Origin: Guillardia theta CCMP2712
Taxonomy: Eukaryota; Protista; Cryptophyta
Direction: 5' to 3'
Length of the DNA: 64,000 nucleotides
Assembly (NCBI RefSeq): GCF_000315625.1
Contig: NW_005434635.1
Coordinates: 434,001 to 498,000 of the forward strand
In this document: positions 41,020 to 52,600 of the stretch, piece after piece
Position numbering within the stretch: the stretch's first letter is position 1
How the letters are laid out: each line of letters starts with the position of its first letter
Notes under the pieces: generated by a model
What the model was told of the DNA's origin: nothing
The model's database searches: none
Seen by the model: the letters and a program-made list of their open reading frames with translations, nothing else
Position numbers and translations under genes: made by a program

Positions 41020-44000
41020 ATGTCAGGGCAGGAGCGGAACGTATCGGCAATGCATGAGGGCGAGGGAGACGCTCGGGGAAAACCTCGCATGCGAGCCTAC
41101 GTGTGGTGGTATAAAAGAGCCCTGCAGACTTTGAGGAGCTCGTCAGGGGTCGCCTCTTCTGCCTTCACCAGTGTTGTTGCCCTCACAGCTTCTGTTCTGG
41201 TTGCGATTTTTCTGTATGCAAAGCCTGCGATCTTGAGCAATGGGCTGCTTTCGGTATAGAGGTCGATCGATCTCCTCCAATCGCTGATGCTCTGACAGAA
41301 CTCTTCCGATGCATACATCGGGCAAGTCGCTTCCTCTGCTCAGTGCCGACGGTTCGTCAACTTAACCGAGCATGTGGATTCCATGCTACTTGCTGCACAC
41401 TTTCTACTTTATAGCCAGCGGGTCGAAGGTTTCTTCATCCCCCAATACAACATGGAAGATCGCGTTGCTCCTGTTCGTGATCGCTGCCTTGAGATCAAGC
41501 AGTGACGTTTGTACTTGTGTGATTTCAGGATGTGCAAGAAGACGAGGTAGAGCAAAGTAACGTGCTCTTGACGTTGTCTCAATTCTATCGCGAGGTTTCT
41601 CGTTTGCTGCCTTTCCCTCCTCACTTCTCTCGATCTGCAGGTGCGGAGAAGACCTGACAAGTTTCCTGTCGGGCTGCAGACGAGAATCCATGAGGCGTTT
41701 CTCCACAGCTTCTCCTTCTGGGAAGCGTGAGAGCTCGTGGGACGCTGGACCAGCGCTGATGACGTGGCAGACACTCGCGGTCGACCAAGTCAGGCGTGAG
41801 ATACATCATGTGAGCACCGGCACATGGCGGACCCGCCTCGTCGCCCCTGACGCGCTGGTTCCTCCAGCTACCCGCGGGCTCAGATCGGTCGGCTCGAGAC
41901 TCTCAGTCAGGTGAAGCAGCTGGCGACTCGCTGGCCCTGACCCTCCCAAGGTGATTCTCTCTCTCCTCCACTTCCACCGAAGTCTCGATGCCGGCGCGTG
42001 AGTCAAAATCTCTTGTGTCTCTTCCTGCATGCCCATCATGGACGTTGCAAGGCTGCCGAGGGGAGTCGGGTTGAACGCTCCCTCCTTCGCTCAGACGAGT
42101 CAAGGCTGGCGAGTGAAGCGAGCGGTGCGTGCTACCCGCTGAGTGCCGCTCCTGAGTGCCGCACAGCTCGACGACTACTCGGAGTACTTCCTTCGCCTGC
42201 GATTGAGCTCCGGTCGCTTCGTGCGGACACTTGAAGGTCTGTGAGGAGAGAGAAGTGGAATGGAGATGAGATGGGAAGGAACGGGGGAGAGAGGGGAGGG
42301 GAGAGAAGGAAGCAGGAGAGGCGCAGAGGTGTCAAGGAGAGGGGACGGAGCAGCGGGATCTTGACGAGCAAGCAAGGGAATGGCAGGCCCCGCAAGCAGC
42401 ACAAGCTGAAGATGCATGAGGCTTCGTCGGAGGGGGCAGCTCTTCTTGCTATGGTGAGGAGGCAAGGGGAGACGGGGTGACTGAGGAAGCTTTAGATCTC
42501 CCTTGCCAAGTACTACAGGAGGGGAGACCTGTGGCACAAGATCGGAGAAAGCACCCGGGCGATGCTGGACGCTTATGCTGCTTCCTCTGACGTCGAGGAG
42601 GATGGAAAACGATCGGACCTGAGGGACTTCTATGAGGTTGAACGTCCACCCCCCCTTCGTCCTCTCTCTCTTCCCCTCCCATTCACCATCCTTCCCCATC
42701 TTCTCCTTCCAAGGTTTCCTCCTCCCTTGACCCTTTCCCTGTCTTCCTTTCGAGGGGTTTACACTGACCGCTTGCTGGCATGCAGCATGGTGCGCTAGCG
42801 CTCATGGAGATCGCGGACTCGATCGATCCTGTCGGGGGGCAGCGAGCAGAGGGTGACCTGCCGGAGGTAGCAGCGAGAGGGCTGCTGGAGATGAGCATCA
42901 AGATTGCTTCAAGTTTGTCGGGGGAAGGAGGAGGAAAGAAGCAATCAGAAGATCAGGAGAACTGGTCTCGAATACCCTCGATTCTCCTCCTCCTCATCAT
43001 CATCATCACCACCACCACCACCACCACTACCATCATCATCATCATCATCATCATCAACAACAACAACAAGAACAACATCAACATCAACATCAACATCAAC
43101 AACCATGTTCACAATGATCAGTTGTCCTCCTGGCACTCTGCTGCCTCTCTCCCCCAACCATGGACATCCCACTGACAGGTCGCTCACTTGTGCCCCCTAA
43201 GGCGTCTCGCTCCTGGCTTGGCTGCGGCTGCTCGACTTGCGGCAGTGAAATCGCGAGGAGGAGAGGAAGACCTGGAAGCTGAGCTGACACTTCAATTCCT
43301 CTGCCTCACTAGGAGGATGCTCACTGCAATGAGCAAGCTGCAGGTAGAATGCTCCTCTCTTTGCTTTCCTCCTCCCTTCTCCCTCCTCTTCTTCCATCCT
43401 TTCCTCCTCCTCCTCCTCCCTTCTCCCTCCTCTTCTTCCATCCTTTCCTCCTCCTCCTCCTCCCTCTCCTTCCTCTCTCTTCTCTCACCCTCCTCCCTCT
43501 TCTTCTTCCCTCCCTTCCTCTTCCCTTCCCCCTTACTGGCTATCAAGGTCGGAGGATTGCTGGCAGACCCTGCCTCGGCACAGAGTACTAAGAACAAGAT
43601 GATGCGAGGACTTCGAGGTATCAGATTGAGGAAAAGGAGGAGGAGGAGGGAGAGAAGGAGGGGGAGGAGGAGGAAGGGGAGGAGGTTGATTTTCTGGCAG
43701 GAGCTCCATCTTTCAACCTCACCAAGTGTATTGGGCATGTGCAGAAAAATCTTGTAGGAAGCATCAAGGGAAAGAAGGAGAAGATGAAGGTCGATGACAG
43801 GAGAGAGAGGGAAGGGAAGAGGGAAGGGTCACAGGGAGGAGAGAGGAGGATGAGAACGAGGAGGAAAAGAACTTGGTTGAGGGGTGAGGAGCTGATATGT
43901 TGAAGCAGAAGGAAAGAGATGAGAAGGAGATGGCGCGTGCGAAGGCGAGGCTGATTGAAGTGAAACCTGGGGAACCAATCTCAATCGCTGAGATGATTCA

Positions 44001-45204
44001 GAGATCCAAAGTCAGACCCATGACTCAACTTTCTTCCCGCCTCGCTCCTCTCTCTTCTCTCTCCCCCTGTCCCACCCTCCTCCCCTAGTCTCCTCTCCTC
44101 TCCTCTTTCACCGTCGCTCTCCTCGCCTTCCTCCTCTCTTTACTCACTCCCCCCTCTCGTCTCTTGTCCTTCCTCTCCTTTTCCTCCCCTCCTATCACTC
44201 CTCTCCTCTCTTACCATCTCTTTTCACAATTGCATCAACCTCCTCCTCCCCCCTGATGAAATTTCCAGAATCTTTCCAACGAGCAAGAGGAACAGACGTT
44301 GACTGAGTGCGACAGAGCCATGCATGCCCATCAGAGGTTCCTCCTCCTCCTCCTCCTCCTCCTCCTCCTCCTCCTCCTCCTCTTCTTCCTCCTCCTCCTT
44401 GACCACCTCCTCATCTTGCCTCTTCCGCAGGTGCACCAACGACAACCCGGTGGGCAAGCAAGGGTTCATGGCCTGCTGCAGGTGTTCTTCTCCTCACCCT
44501 TCCCTTCCTCCCTCGCACCCTATTCCCTTCTTTCACACTCTATTCCCTGCCTCCCACTCGCCTCGCCCCCTCTCACCTCCTTTCCTCCCTTCTCTCCAGC
44601 GTTGCTCTCTCCTCTCCTCTTCTCCATACTTGTCATCCTCTCCTCTCCCTCCTCCCCTCTTCTCCCTCATCTTCGTGCTCCATTTTCCTCCCTTCTCCTG
44701 CTCCTCCTCAGTTTCTCCTCCAGACAGCTTAGCGGATATCTGTTCTCCTGCGTCGAAGACTACAACAACCTTCCCAATCACCTCCGCACCCTCTACGTCC
44801 CTTCCTATACCCACTACTGCGTCCCTGACGGCCATAGCCCTCTGCCCAAGGGTGAGGAGCGTTGAGCGAGGAGAGGGGCAGGGAGGCGGAATGCAGGAGC
44901 GAAGGAGGGGAGGAGAACGGGATGGGAGAGTTAGGGACAGGGGAGGCGAGACAGAGGGCAGAAGGTTGGGTGTGGGAGCTTGACATATGTCTCAGGGTTC
45001 GGCCAGCAGGACCATCCTCCTCGCGAGAGCGAGTTCGAGCACAGGAAGGTCAGGGCAGAGCTGGACTCGTGCGACCTCGCTGCTATGGGAGGGATCCCGT
45101 CAGAGGGCGGCGGGTCGACCCTCCACTTGGCTTCCACTGCTCGAGCCCTTCGCGCCTGGCAAGCCTCTCTTGAGTTTCTCCTCCCGCAAGACCTAAGGGG
45201 CTAG
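41020..45204 (+). CDS. Multi-exon protein of unknown function with an N-terminal TM segment
   Basis: Hydrophobic FTSVVALTASVLVAIFLYA; consistent GT-AG exon chain (VRRRPDKFPVGLQTRIHEAFL.., HGALALMEIADSID.., CTNDNPVGKQGFMACC.., ..LEFLLPQDLRG*). Could be two genes. Confidence 0.55.
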
Positions 45205-45358
45205 CTCCTCCCGCAAGACCTAAGGGGCTAGCGCGGCGACGTCGAAGCTCCTGGCCTCCTCTAGTTAACGTGACGTATAGTACAGACATCGATGATAAGA
45301 CTGTCCGGTGCCTCCGTCCTCAGTCTCCAGTCATGCACTCTTGCTTAATGACAACAAG

Positions 45359-45577
45359 CCCATCGATCGCCGAGGTAGCGACGAGGCCTCGATGGAGATC
45401 GGCTGGCAGGCTGCGGGTCGACCACGGGCCGGCAGTGTCCGGGCGCAGGCTGAGCAAGAGCGGACAGGCTGGCGGCGCTTGTGAAGGCTCCGCCAAGAGC
45501 TGCGCCCGGCGATGCGCGTGCGGGCATGCAGGAGCTGCCAGGGCTGCTGAGCACGGGGTCACTCATGCCTAAAGCCA
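45359..45577. repeat. RepX internal fragment
   Basis: Matches about 28868-29085. Confidence 0.9.
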
Positions 45578-45615
45578 AGGAATATCTTGATGATTATGTG
45601 AACAACCTTGAAGCG

Positions 45616-47393
45616 AACGCTGCGCTTGCCATGCTCTGCTCACATGATGATCTAATCTTTCATCGATACGCACACCGATCGAGCAGTCCTCCATGCCCTC
45701 TTGCAACCTGATGTACGACAGTCTACTGCTGCCGGCTAGGACATAAACCTATTCCCCAACAGATGCCGCGCACTGTGTACGGTATAAGTCTTTGGTCTGG
45801 TGTACCAAACTTTGAGAAGGGCTAGGGATCTTGATACTGTATATTCGAGCCAACAAGGACATCATAAGACTGTAGAGTAGAATATTGCAGAGCAAATAAA
45901 ACAACGAACCAAAAAAAAAAAAAAACAGAAAACGATGATCCAACACCAATCCAGCAAAAACAACTCAAGCTTTACCAGGAGCGATACAACATTCTCCCTC
46001 ATGTCTATACCTCTGACTCGCACCTGCCCGACAACTCAGTCTCTCCTTCCATCCCTCACGCTCGTACCTGACTCCCCTCCTCCCTCCCTCTACTCTCCGC
46101 TCGTCACCTTGGCCCACGTGTCTCCGTTCCTGCCGACATGCTCAGCCATCTACCGCTCAAGCCCCGTCGGCTGCCGTCGAGATCCGCTCAACGCGTCTCA
46201 CCAGATGTCCCGTATCGTCTTCTGACTCACTCCGTACTGCTTGGCGAGCTCGATCGACAGCCTCGTGCTCGTTCCTCGCTTCTGCGGGGGTCCTGCATCA
46301 GCTCCGCACAGAGCACGCGAGACGAGCTACCGCGTGGGCCTCCGGTCTCTGGAGGAAGATGTGCTTGGCCTGCACAACCGGCTCTCACGCCTGCGCTCCC
46401 CCCCAGCACAGCTCTGACAGACCTCGACCTCCGTCAGGGCGATCTTCCAAGGCTTCCTTCGCTTGGACTGCTCTGCTTGCTGTCCCAGCCTGGGGCTGCT
46501 GACTCGCAGCGCTTGGTCGAGCTGGTGACGCCTCATGGCTTCCGCGGCCTCTTCGCCGGATCGGACTGTGCTACGCTGCTCCTCGCGCTGCCCGTCGATC
46601 GCCGAGGTAGCGACGAGGCCTCGATGGAGATCGGCTGGCAGGCTGCGGGTCGACCACGGGCCGGCAGTGTCCGGGTGCAGGCTGAGCAAGAGCGGACAGG
46701 CTGGCGGCGCTTGTGAAGGCTCCGCCAAGAGCTGCGCCCGGCGATGCGCGTGCGGGCATGCAGGAGCTGCCAGGGCTGCTGAGCACGGGGTCACTCATGC
46801 CTAAAGCCATGTCACCAGATCAAGCATGTCGCTCACCCTGCTCAGCATGGCCGCTTCCTCCGAGAGGCACCGAGCCGCCGCCGGGATGCTTGTTGTCCTG
46901 CGCGATGCTCACGAGCCAGACGGCGCATGGCTGCTGCACGGCGTGACTCAAGGCAGGAATGAGCATCAGCGGGGTAGGACGAAGCGGGATAGGAACCAGC
47001 GGCATGCGAGGCTGTGGGTCCGGGGCGGTCTGTTGCATGCTATGCGCCATGGGCGCTGGGGCCGGGAGAGACACACGAGGCAGGCAATCAAGACCTCACG
47101 AGGACGCAGCCAAGGCGAGCACGAGCGAGCGAGACCGAGAGAGATCAAGAGAGACTCGAAGAATAGACCGAGACGACTACAGCCACGCAAGACCACCGCA
47201 CGGTGACGACCAAGATGCGATCACCAAAGGTCTTGAGCGCAGAGCCTGGGCGGAGAGAGAGGAGAGGCTGCGGGCACGAGCAAGTCAGGGAGGGAGGGGA
47301 GGGGGTAGAAGGAGCCAACATGGGGAGCACGAAGAAGGCGTATGGACATGGACTCACGAGCAGGAGGGAGGGAGGACGAGAAGTTGTCAGTGA
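45616..47393. repeat. RepX copy 3
   Basis: Direct repeat of 30709-32513 with a few indels. Confidence 0.9.
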
Positions 47394-47514
47394 CGCATGG
47401 CCTCGGAAGTTTACAGGATGAACACGCGGAGGAATTTTTAAAGGGACCAGAAGAGTAATAATTGTTGAAAGTACAAAAATGGATCTCAAAAAAAAAAACT
47501 CTGCATGCGCATCT

Positions 47515-47558
47515 GCTGTCTGTCTGTCTGTCTGTCTTTCTGTCTGTCTGTCTGTCTT

Positions 47559-47603
<45 letters not shown>

Positions 47604-47633
47604 TTGTCTGTCTGTTTGTCTGTCTGTTTGTCT
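47515..47633 (+). repeat. (TGTC)n microsatellite
   Basis: Expanded relative to the short tgtctgtttgtct at the paralogous position near 32983. Confidence 0.9.
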
Positions 47634-47913
47634 ACCAGGGCTTCTGCCCGGCAGTTCCCCACCGATATTGACTCACAGGACCGACCCTGATCACCCTGAT
47701 CACGGCGGCTGACCAGCGGAACCCGACATCACAGCTAGCTGGAGATGTTTACAACACCGGACGACCCCGATGGTGTCCGGGCCACCGCCAGTAGTAACGA
47801 GGACTCGAATTTGACCGACGCGGTCGAGCCATTGGTAATCTTGACGAGGGAGGGGGTAGGGTACTCTGACAAAAAGCCCGCCAAAAGCAAAGTTTGTGGG
47901 AAGGCAGACAGAA

Positions 47914-48260
47914 ATGTCGCCAAGACGCTTCTTGGCTCCTCAAGCTCATCAGCTCCTTCCTCTCAATCACTCCCCATCCTTCCAAGTATCAGCCCTCTCA
48001 CACAATCCTCTCTCTCTCCTTCCGCCTCCCAGGAAGGTCGTGGACGTCCCTCCCGCACTCCAAGGGATTTTCAAGCACGTCTTCGACTTCGACGCTTTCA
48101 ACGACATGCAGGTACACATGCTGCAGCGATGAATGGTCAAGGCCTCCCTCAATCTTTCCATGTAGAGCCAAATGCTCGCATGATAGAGTCCCTCTTTCAG
48201 ATCAAATGATCGCCTTAGGACGGTCTTCGAGATACCAGTGTGTCTTCCTTTAGTGTGAGG
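47914..48260 (+). pseudogene. MER3: MER3 5' fragment (exon 1, intron 1, decayed exon 2)
   Basis: 47867-48177 reads identical to 33240-33550. After that come indels and loss of the Walker A codons, and homology ends in intron 2. Confidence 0.88.
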
Positions 48261-48918
48261 AGAGACTCATACGCCCAGGCAGTGCCGGACATCACAGCTA
48301 GCATAAGCGTTTTATGGACTAGCCCTCTTAACATTGTTTTTTCTTTTTTTTTTCAGGGCTACCGGCCGTGACACCTCAGTTGCCATCAGATGTTTACAAC
48401 TGACACCGGACAAGCCCGACACTGCCAGTAGTAACGAAGATTTAGAATCGACGCGGCACGTTGTGTTGTAGTAAACGCAGCAGTGAATCTCTCTCGGTCA
48501 AATTTCTTCACTTCCTGGCCCATTACCACATGGTTCCGAATTTTTTTTTTTACCTCGGGCCGTAACACGGTTGAACAGCTGGTAGTACCCGGTGGGCCCG
48601 GACCGCCGCTTTCTTCGAGACGAAAAAATGTAGAGTGAAGCTCTACTGAGGCTTTAGTCGCCGAAGTCCGATCGGACCGTTACTATGGATGATATAACTT
48701 AGTGGGGATCATGAGAGGTGGCCCGGGCTGAGCAGGGCTGAGCACTGCAGGGGCTAACAGAGCCTCGGGGGCCCGGCGCCTCGGAGGGGCTCATGGGCCC
48801 CCGGGTGCAGTGCCAGGGGCCAAGGCCTGGGTGGGGGCCGGGCGCTAGGCTAACTGCTGGCTAACTGAAAAGGAAACTGAAACCATGTGGGGATGAGGGG
48901 TCACTGGAAACCCACACC

Positions 48919-49553
48919 ATGGAGGAAGCAGAGGAGACGGCGGATCGACAGCTGCGACTGCTGGAGGAGGACTACAGAAGGACGATCATGGCAGGAAGAC
49001 AGAGATCAAGAGAGGAGGAGGAGGACACTGAGAGCCGAGATGCTCTGGCGGTGAGCTGAGAGTCACATAGTGGTGTTGCTGACCGTGGCTGCAGAATGGG
49101 TATCATGCGATCAACGGAGGTCTGGAGGAGGGAGAGGAGCAGGACGAGCAGGAGGGGGATGAGGACGACGGGGAATCGAGGCCTGTTCATGCTGGATATC
49201 AAACTCTTGATGGACTCAACGATGAAGCATCAGACGAGGACGAGGACGAGGACGAGGAGGACGAGGAGGCTGCCTGTGAAACCAGCGAGCAAGAGGCTTC
49301 CATGTCCGCCTCTACGAGCGATGAGTCTGGAGAGGAGCGACAGAGGGTTGGAATGTCTGAGGAAGACAAGGAGTGTATCAGAAACGCCATGAGTAATATC
49401 GACATGCAAGCGCCGGAATGGGCGAGGGACATCGATGTAAGTGTTGATGTCGGTTGTGTTTGTGTTGAATCAACAATGCAGAATGCCGTCATCCTGCAGC
49501 AAGTCAACAGACTTCTCGCAGCCAACAACTTGGGCCACCTCGCATCGCAGTGA
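48919..49553 (+). CDS. Male-enhanced antigen 1 (MEA1)-like acidic protein
   Basis: Acidic N-terminus with GYQTL, then MSEEDKECIRNAMSNIDMQAPEWARDID, typical of the MEA1 C-terminal motif. Two short introns. Confidence 0.7.
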
Positions 49554-49676
49554 GGTACTCCCTTCCCCTTCTCCCCCCCCACCCCTTCATTTCCTCGGTC
49601 GCTGCTTCGCATGCATGTCGACATTTCACGGTTTTAAGATTTCACGGTTATCAGACAAAGAATACAGAGATGCCCA

Positions 49677-52600
49677 TCAGCCCACGTACTTGAGCTGTCC
49701 ATCTTCGAACACAAACCCTGCAAACAGCATGAGAAGGAGGAGGAGGAGGAGGAGGAGGAGGAAAGAGGAAATAGGATGAAGACGAGGAAGGCAAAGAAAA
49801 CCAAAGGGGAGGGGCGAGGGGAGTAGAGAGCGGCTGACCTGGAGGTAGTTGTCCTCCCCCCATAGCTTTTGTCCCACTTCCCGCATCCTTTGTCTTCTCC
49901 ATGCTCCCTCCCGCTGCCTGTCCTCCCGTCTCCTTCCCCTGCCCAGCTGATCCTTCGCTGCTGGACTCCTGCAGGGCTGAGATGTCCACGAGGTGCTTCC
50001 TGGTGGGCTTACCCGATGCGCGACCCCTGAACGGCAGTCAATACAAACACAAACATATAAACACACACACGCACATCCTGCCCCTGTCCTGATTCCTACC
50101 TACCTCCTGTTCACTTCTCTTCCCTCCATCTTCCTATACTCCTTCCTCCCCCACTTCCAATCCTCCTCCTCCTCCCTTTTCTTCTTCGCTCCTTCCCTAC
50201 CTTCGGATCGAAGGGATACTCGCAGCTCCCACACTGTCCGCAGCAGCTGTCACTTCTGCTGCCATGTTGCTTGTGCCCTGCAGGTCCGTCGACTCCTCTG
50301 AGAAAGCTGCAGCAGCAGGTCAGCGGCTAAAGTCACCGACCAAGGAGAAGCGAACATGATGGGAGCGCCGGTCGGACGCGCGCGTGGCCGACAATGCGAG
50401 GCCCTGGAGCAGCAGAGGAGGAGGAGCCAAGGGTGGAACCTCCAGCAGGAGCATGCGAGGGGGTTCAGCTTCCTTCGCATGCTCAACCGCCTTCTCCTGA
50501 CGCGTCTTCTCCTCCTGACGAGCCTTCTCCTCCTGACGCGCCTTCTCCTCCTGACGAGCCTTCTCCTCCTGACGCGTCTTCTCCTCCTGACGCGCCTTCT
50601 CCTCCTGACGCGCCTTCTCCCCTGACGCGCCTTCTCTCCCTGACGCGTCTTCTCCTCCTGACGCGCCTTCTCCTCCTGACGCGCCTTCTCCTCCTGACGC
50701 GCCTTCTCCTCCTGACGCGCCTTCTCCTCCTGGCGAGCCATCAATTCTTGGTGTCTCGAAGCCTCTTCCTTCTTCCCGTCGTCTTTCGAGACTCCCATGC
50801 TCGACCCCTTACGTGGATCTTGCGATGCGGCAGCAGGAGCTGGAGAGGGGACGGAGGAGACAGCTTCCAAGTTTAGCTCGACCGCTGCTGTTGCTCCGCT
50901 CCTCTCCCTCCCCTTTTCCGATGGAGACTCAGGCACGGAGCCCGTGGTGCTGCAGCAGGGAACGTCAGCGGCTCTTTCACGTTCCTTCTCCTCCTCACCC
51001 GCTGGATGGGGCCATGGAAGCGCTCTGCTCAACACGTTCTCAGCTCCTCTGCACCTTCCCCGCATGTCAAACCTGAATGACTCGAGAGCTCGCAGCTGGG
51101 GTCATGCTCAGCATGTTCGACAGCTCCTCCGGGGGGAAGACTTTGAGAGCGACGTACTCCTGCGAAGCCTTGTGAACTCTTGCACTTGCTCCATCCGCTT
51201 TTCTTCCTCTCCCCTTGTCCCCCCATGCTCCTCTCTCCCTAGGAGCGTTTGCCCCTTCTATCCCGCGTCACATTCCCCTCCCTCAACCTGACTGTTGAAC
51301 TCTGCAAGCAGGTAGGTGTGGAGTCGAGTGTAGGCCTGACAGTGGATGAGAAGGAGCGAGAGAAAGCGAAGGGCAAGAGGAGAGGAAAAGAGGAGGAATA
51401 AGAGGAGTGACGGGAGGAAAGGACAGAAAGGATGAGGGGAGAGAAGAGGAGAGAGGAGGAGGAAGAGGAGAAGGGAGGAGGAGAGGGAGGGAGCGGGGGG
51501 GAGGAGAAGAGCACACACCTCGAGGATGTTGGCTTTGATGGGATTAATCAGCACGCTCCTCGTCTGCACATGCGTTTAATGTGGGGCAAGGAAGGGAAGG
51601 AGGACAAGTGAAGCAGGAACATAGGGCAGAAAGGATGGGAAAGGGAGGCACGAGGACATGGAGAGGAGGACAAGGGTGGAAGGTTTAGGGTTTAGGGTGC
51701 AGGAAGTCCAGGAGAACGACTAGGGAGACGAAGACTGAGCTGAGGTTGAACCTGCGGGTTGGGGAGGTACAACTCCATGGAAGCTTGTGTTTCTGTGACC
51801 CGAAACGTCATCGAAGTCGAGGATGCGAGGGAGGAAGGAGTGAGAGGACTCGGGACAAAGGAACGAGCTTGACACGAAGGAGGGGGTGGGGGTGGGGGTG
51901 GGGGTGGGGGACTGGAGGAAGAGGAAGGAGAGGAAGGAAAGGAAGAGGAATAAGCAAGACCTGTGCAAAACTTGTTGACATTTGCTTTCAGGCCCTGCGC
52001 TGAAGTATGAATACAAGTTGAAAAGAGTAACCGAGAGGAGAGGAGAGGAGGCGAGAGGAGGCGAGAGGAGAGGAGTGGAGTGGAGAGGAGAGGAGAGGAG
52101 AGGAGAGGAGAGGAGTGGAGAGGAGAGGAGAGGAGAGGAGAGGAGAGGAGAGGAGAGGAGAGGAGAGGAGAGGAGAGGAGAGGAGAGGAGAGGAGAGGAG
52201 AGGAGAGGAGAGGAGAGGAGAGGAGTGGAGTGTATTGGAGTGTATTGGAGTGGAGAGGAGAGGAGAGGAGAATGCAGGTCATCCAACAAACCTGCAGGAG
52301 TTGCTGGACTTGATCTGGTTGAGCAAACGCGTGGAGTCGAAGAGAAGAATTTCCTCCTCCCGAATGCGCGAGCGCATCCGCTTTACGCACCCACGCTACC
52401 AGCGGATCTGCGACCTACCGACAAGGAGAAACAAATGAGGAGGGAGGAGAGAGGAGGGAGGAGAGAGGAGGGAGGAGGGAGGAGGGAGGAGGGAGGAGGG
52501 AGGAGGGAGGAGGGAGGAGGGAGGAGGGAGAGGACTGAGGAGGGAGGAGGGAAGAGGGAAGAGGGAGGAACGAGGACTTTCTCAACCTGACTGGCGATAA

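Noticed and set aside
51684-51697. Interstitial telomere (TTTAGGG)x2
   Set aside because: Only two units in a purine-rich intron, which is compatible with chance.
51982-52590. (EERRG)n protein on the plus strand
   Set aside because: It is a (GAGAG)n microsatellite antisense within COG3 introns.
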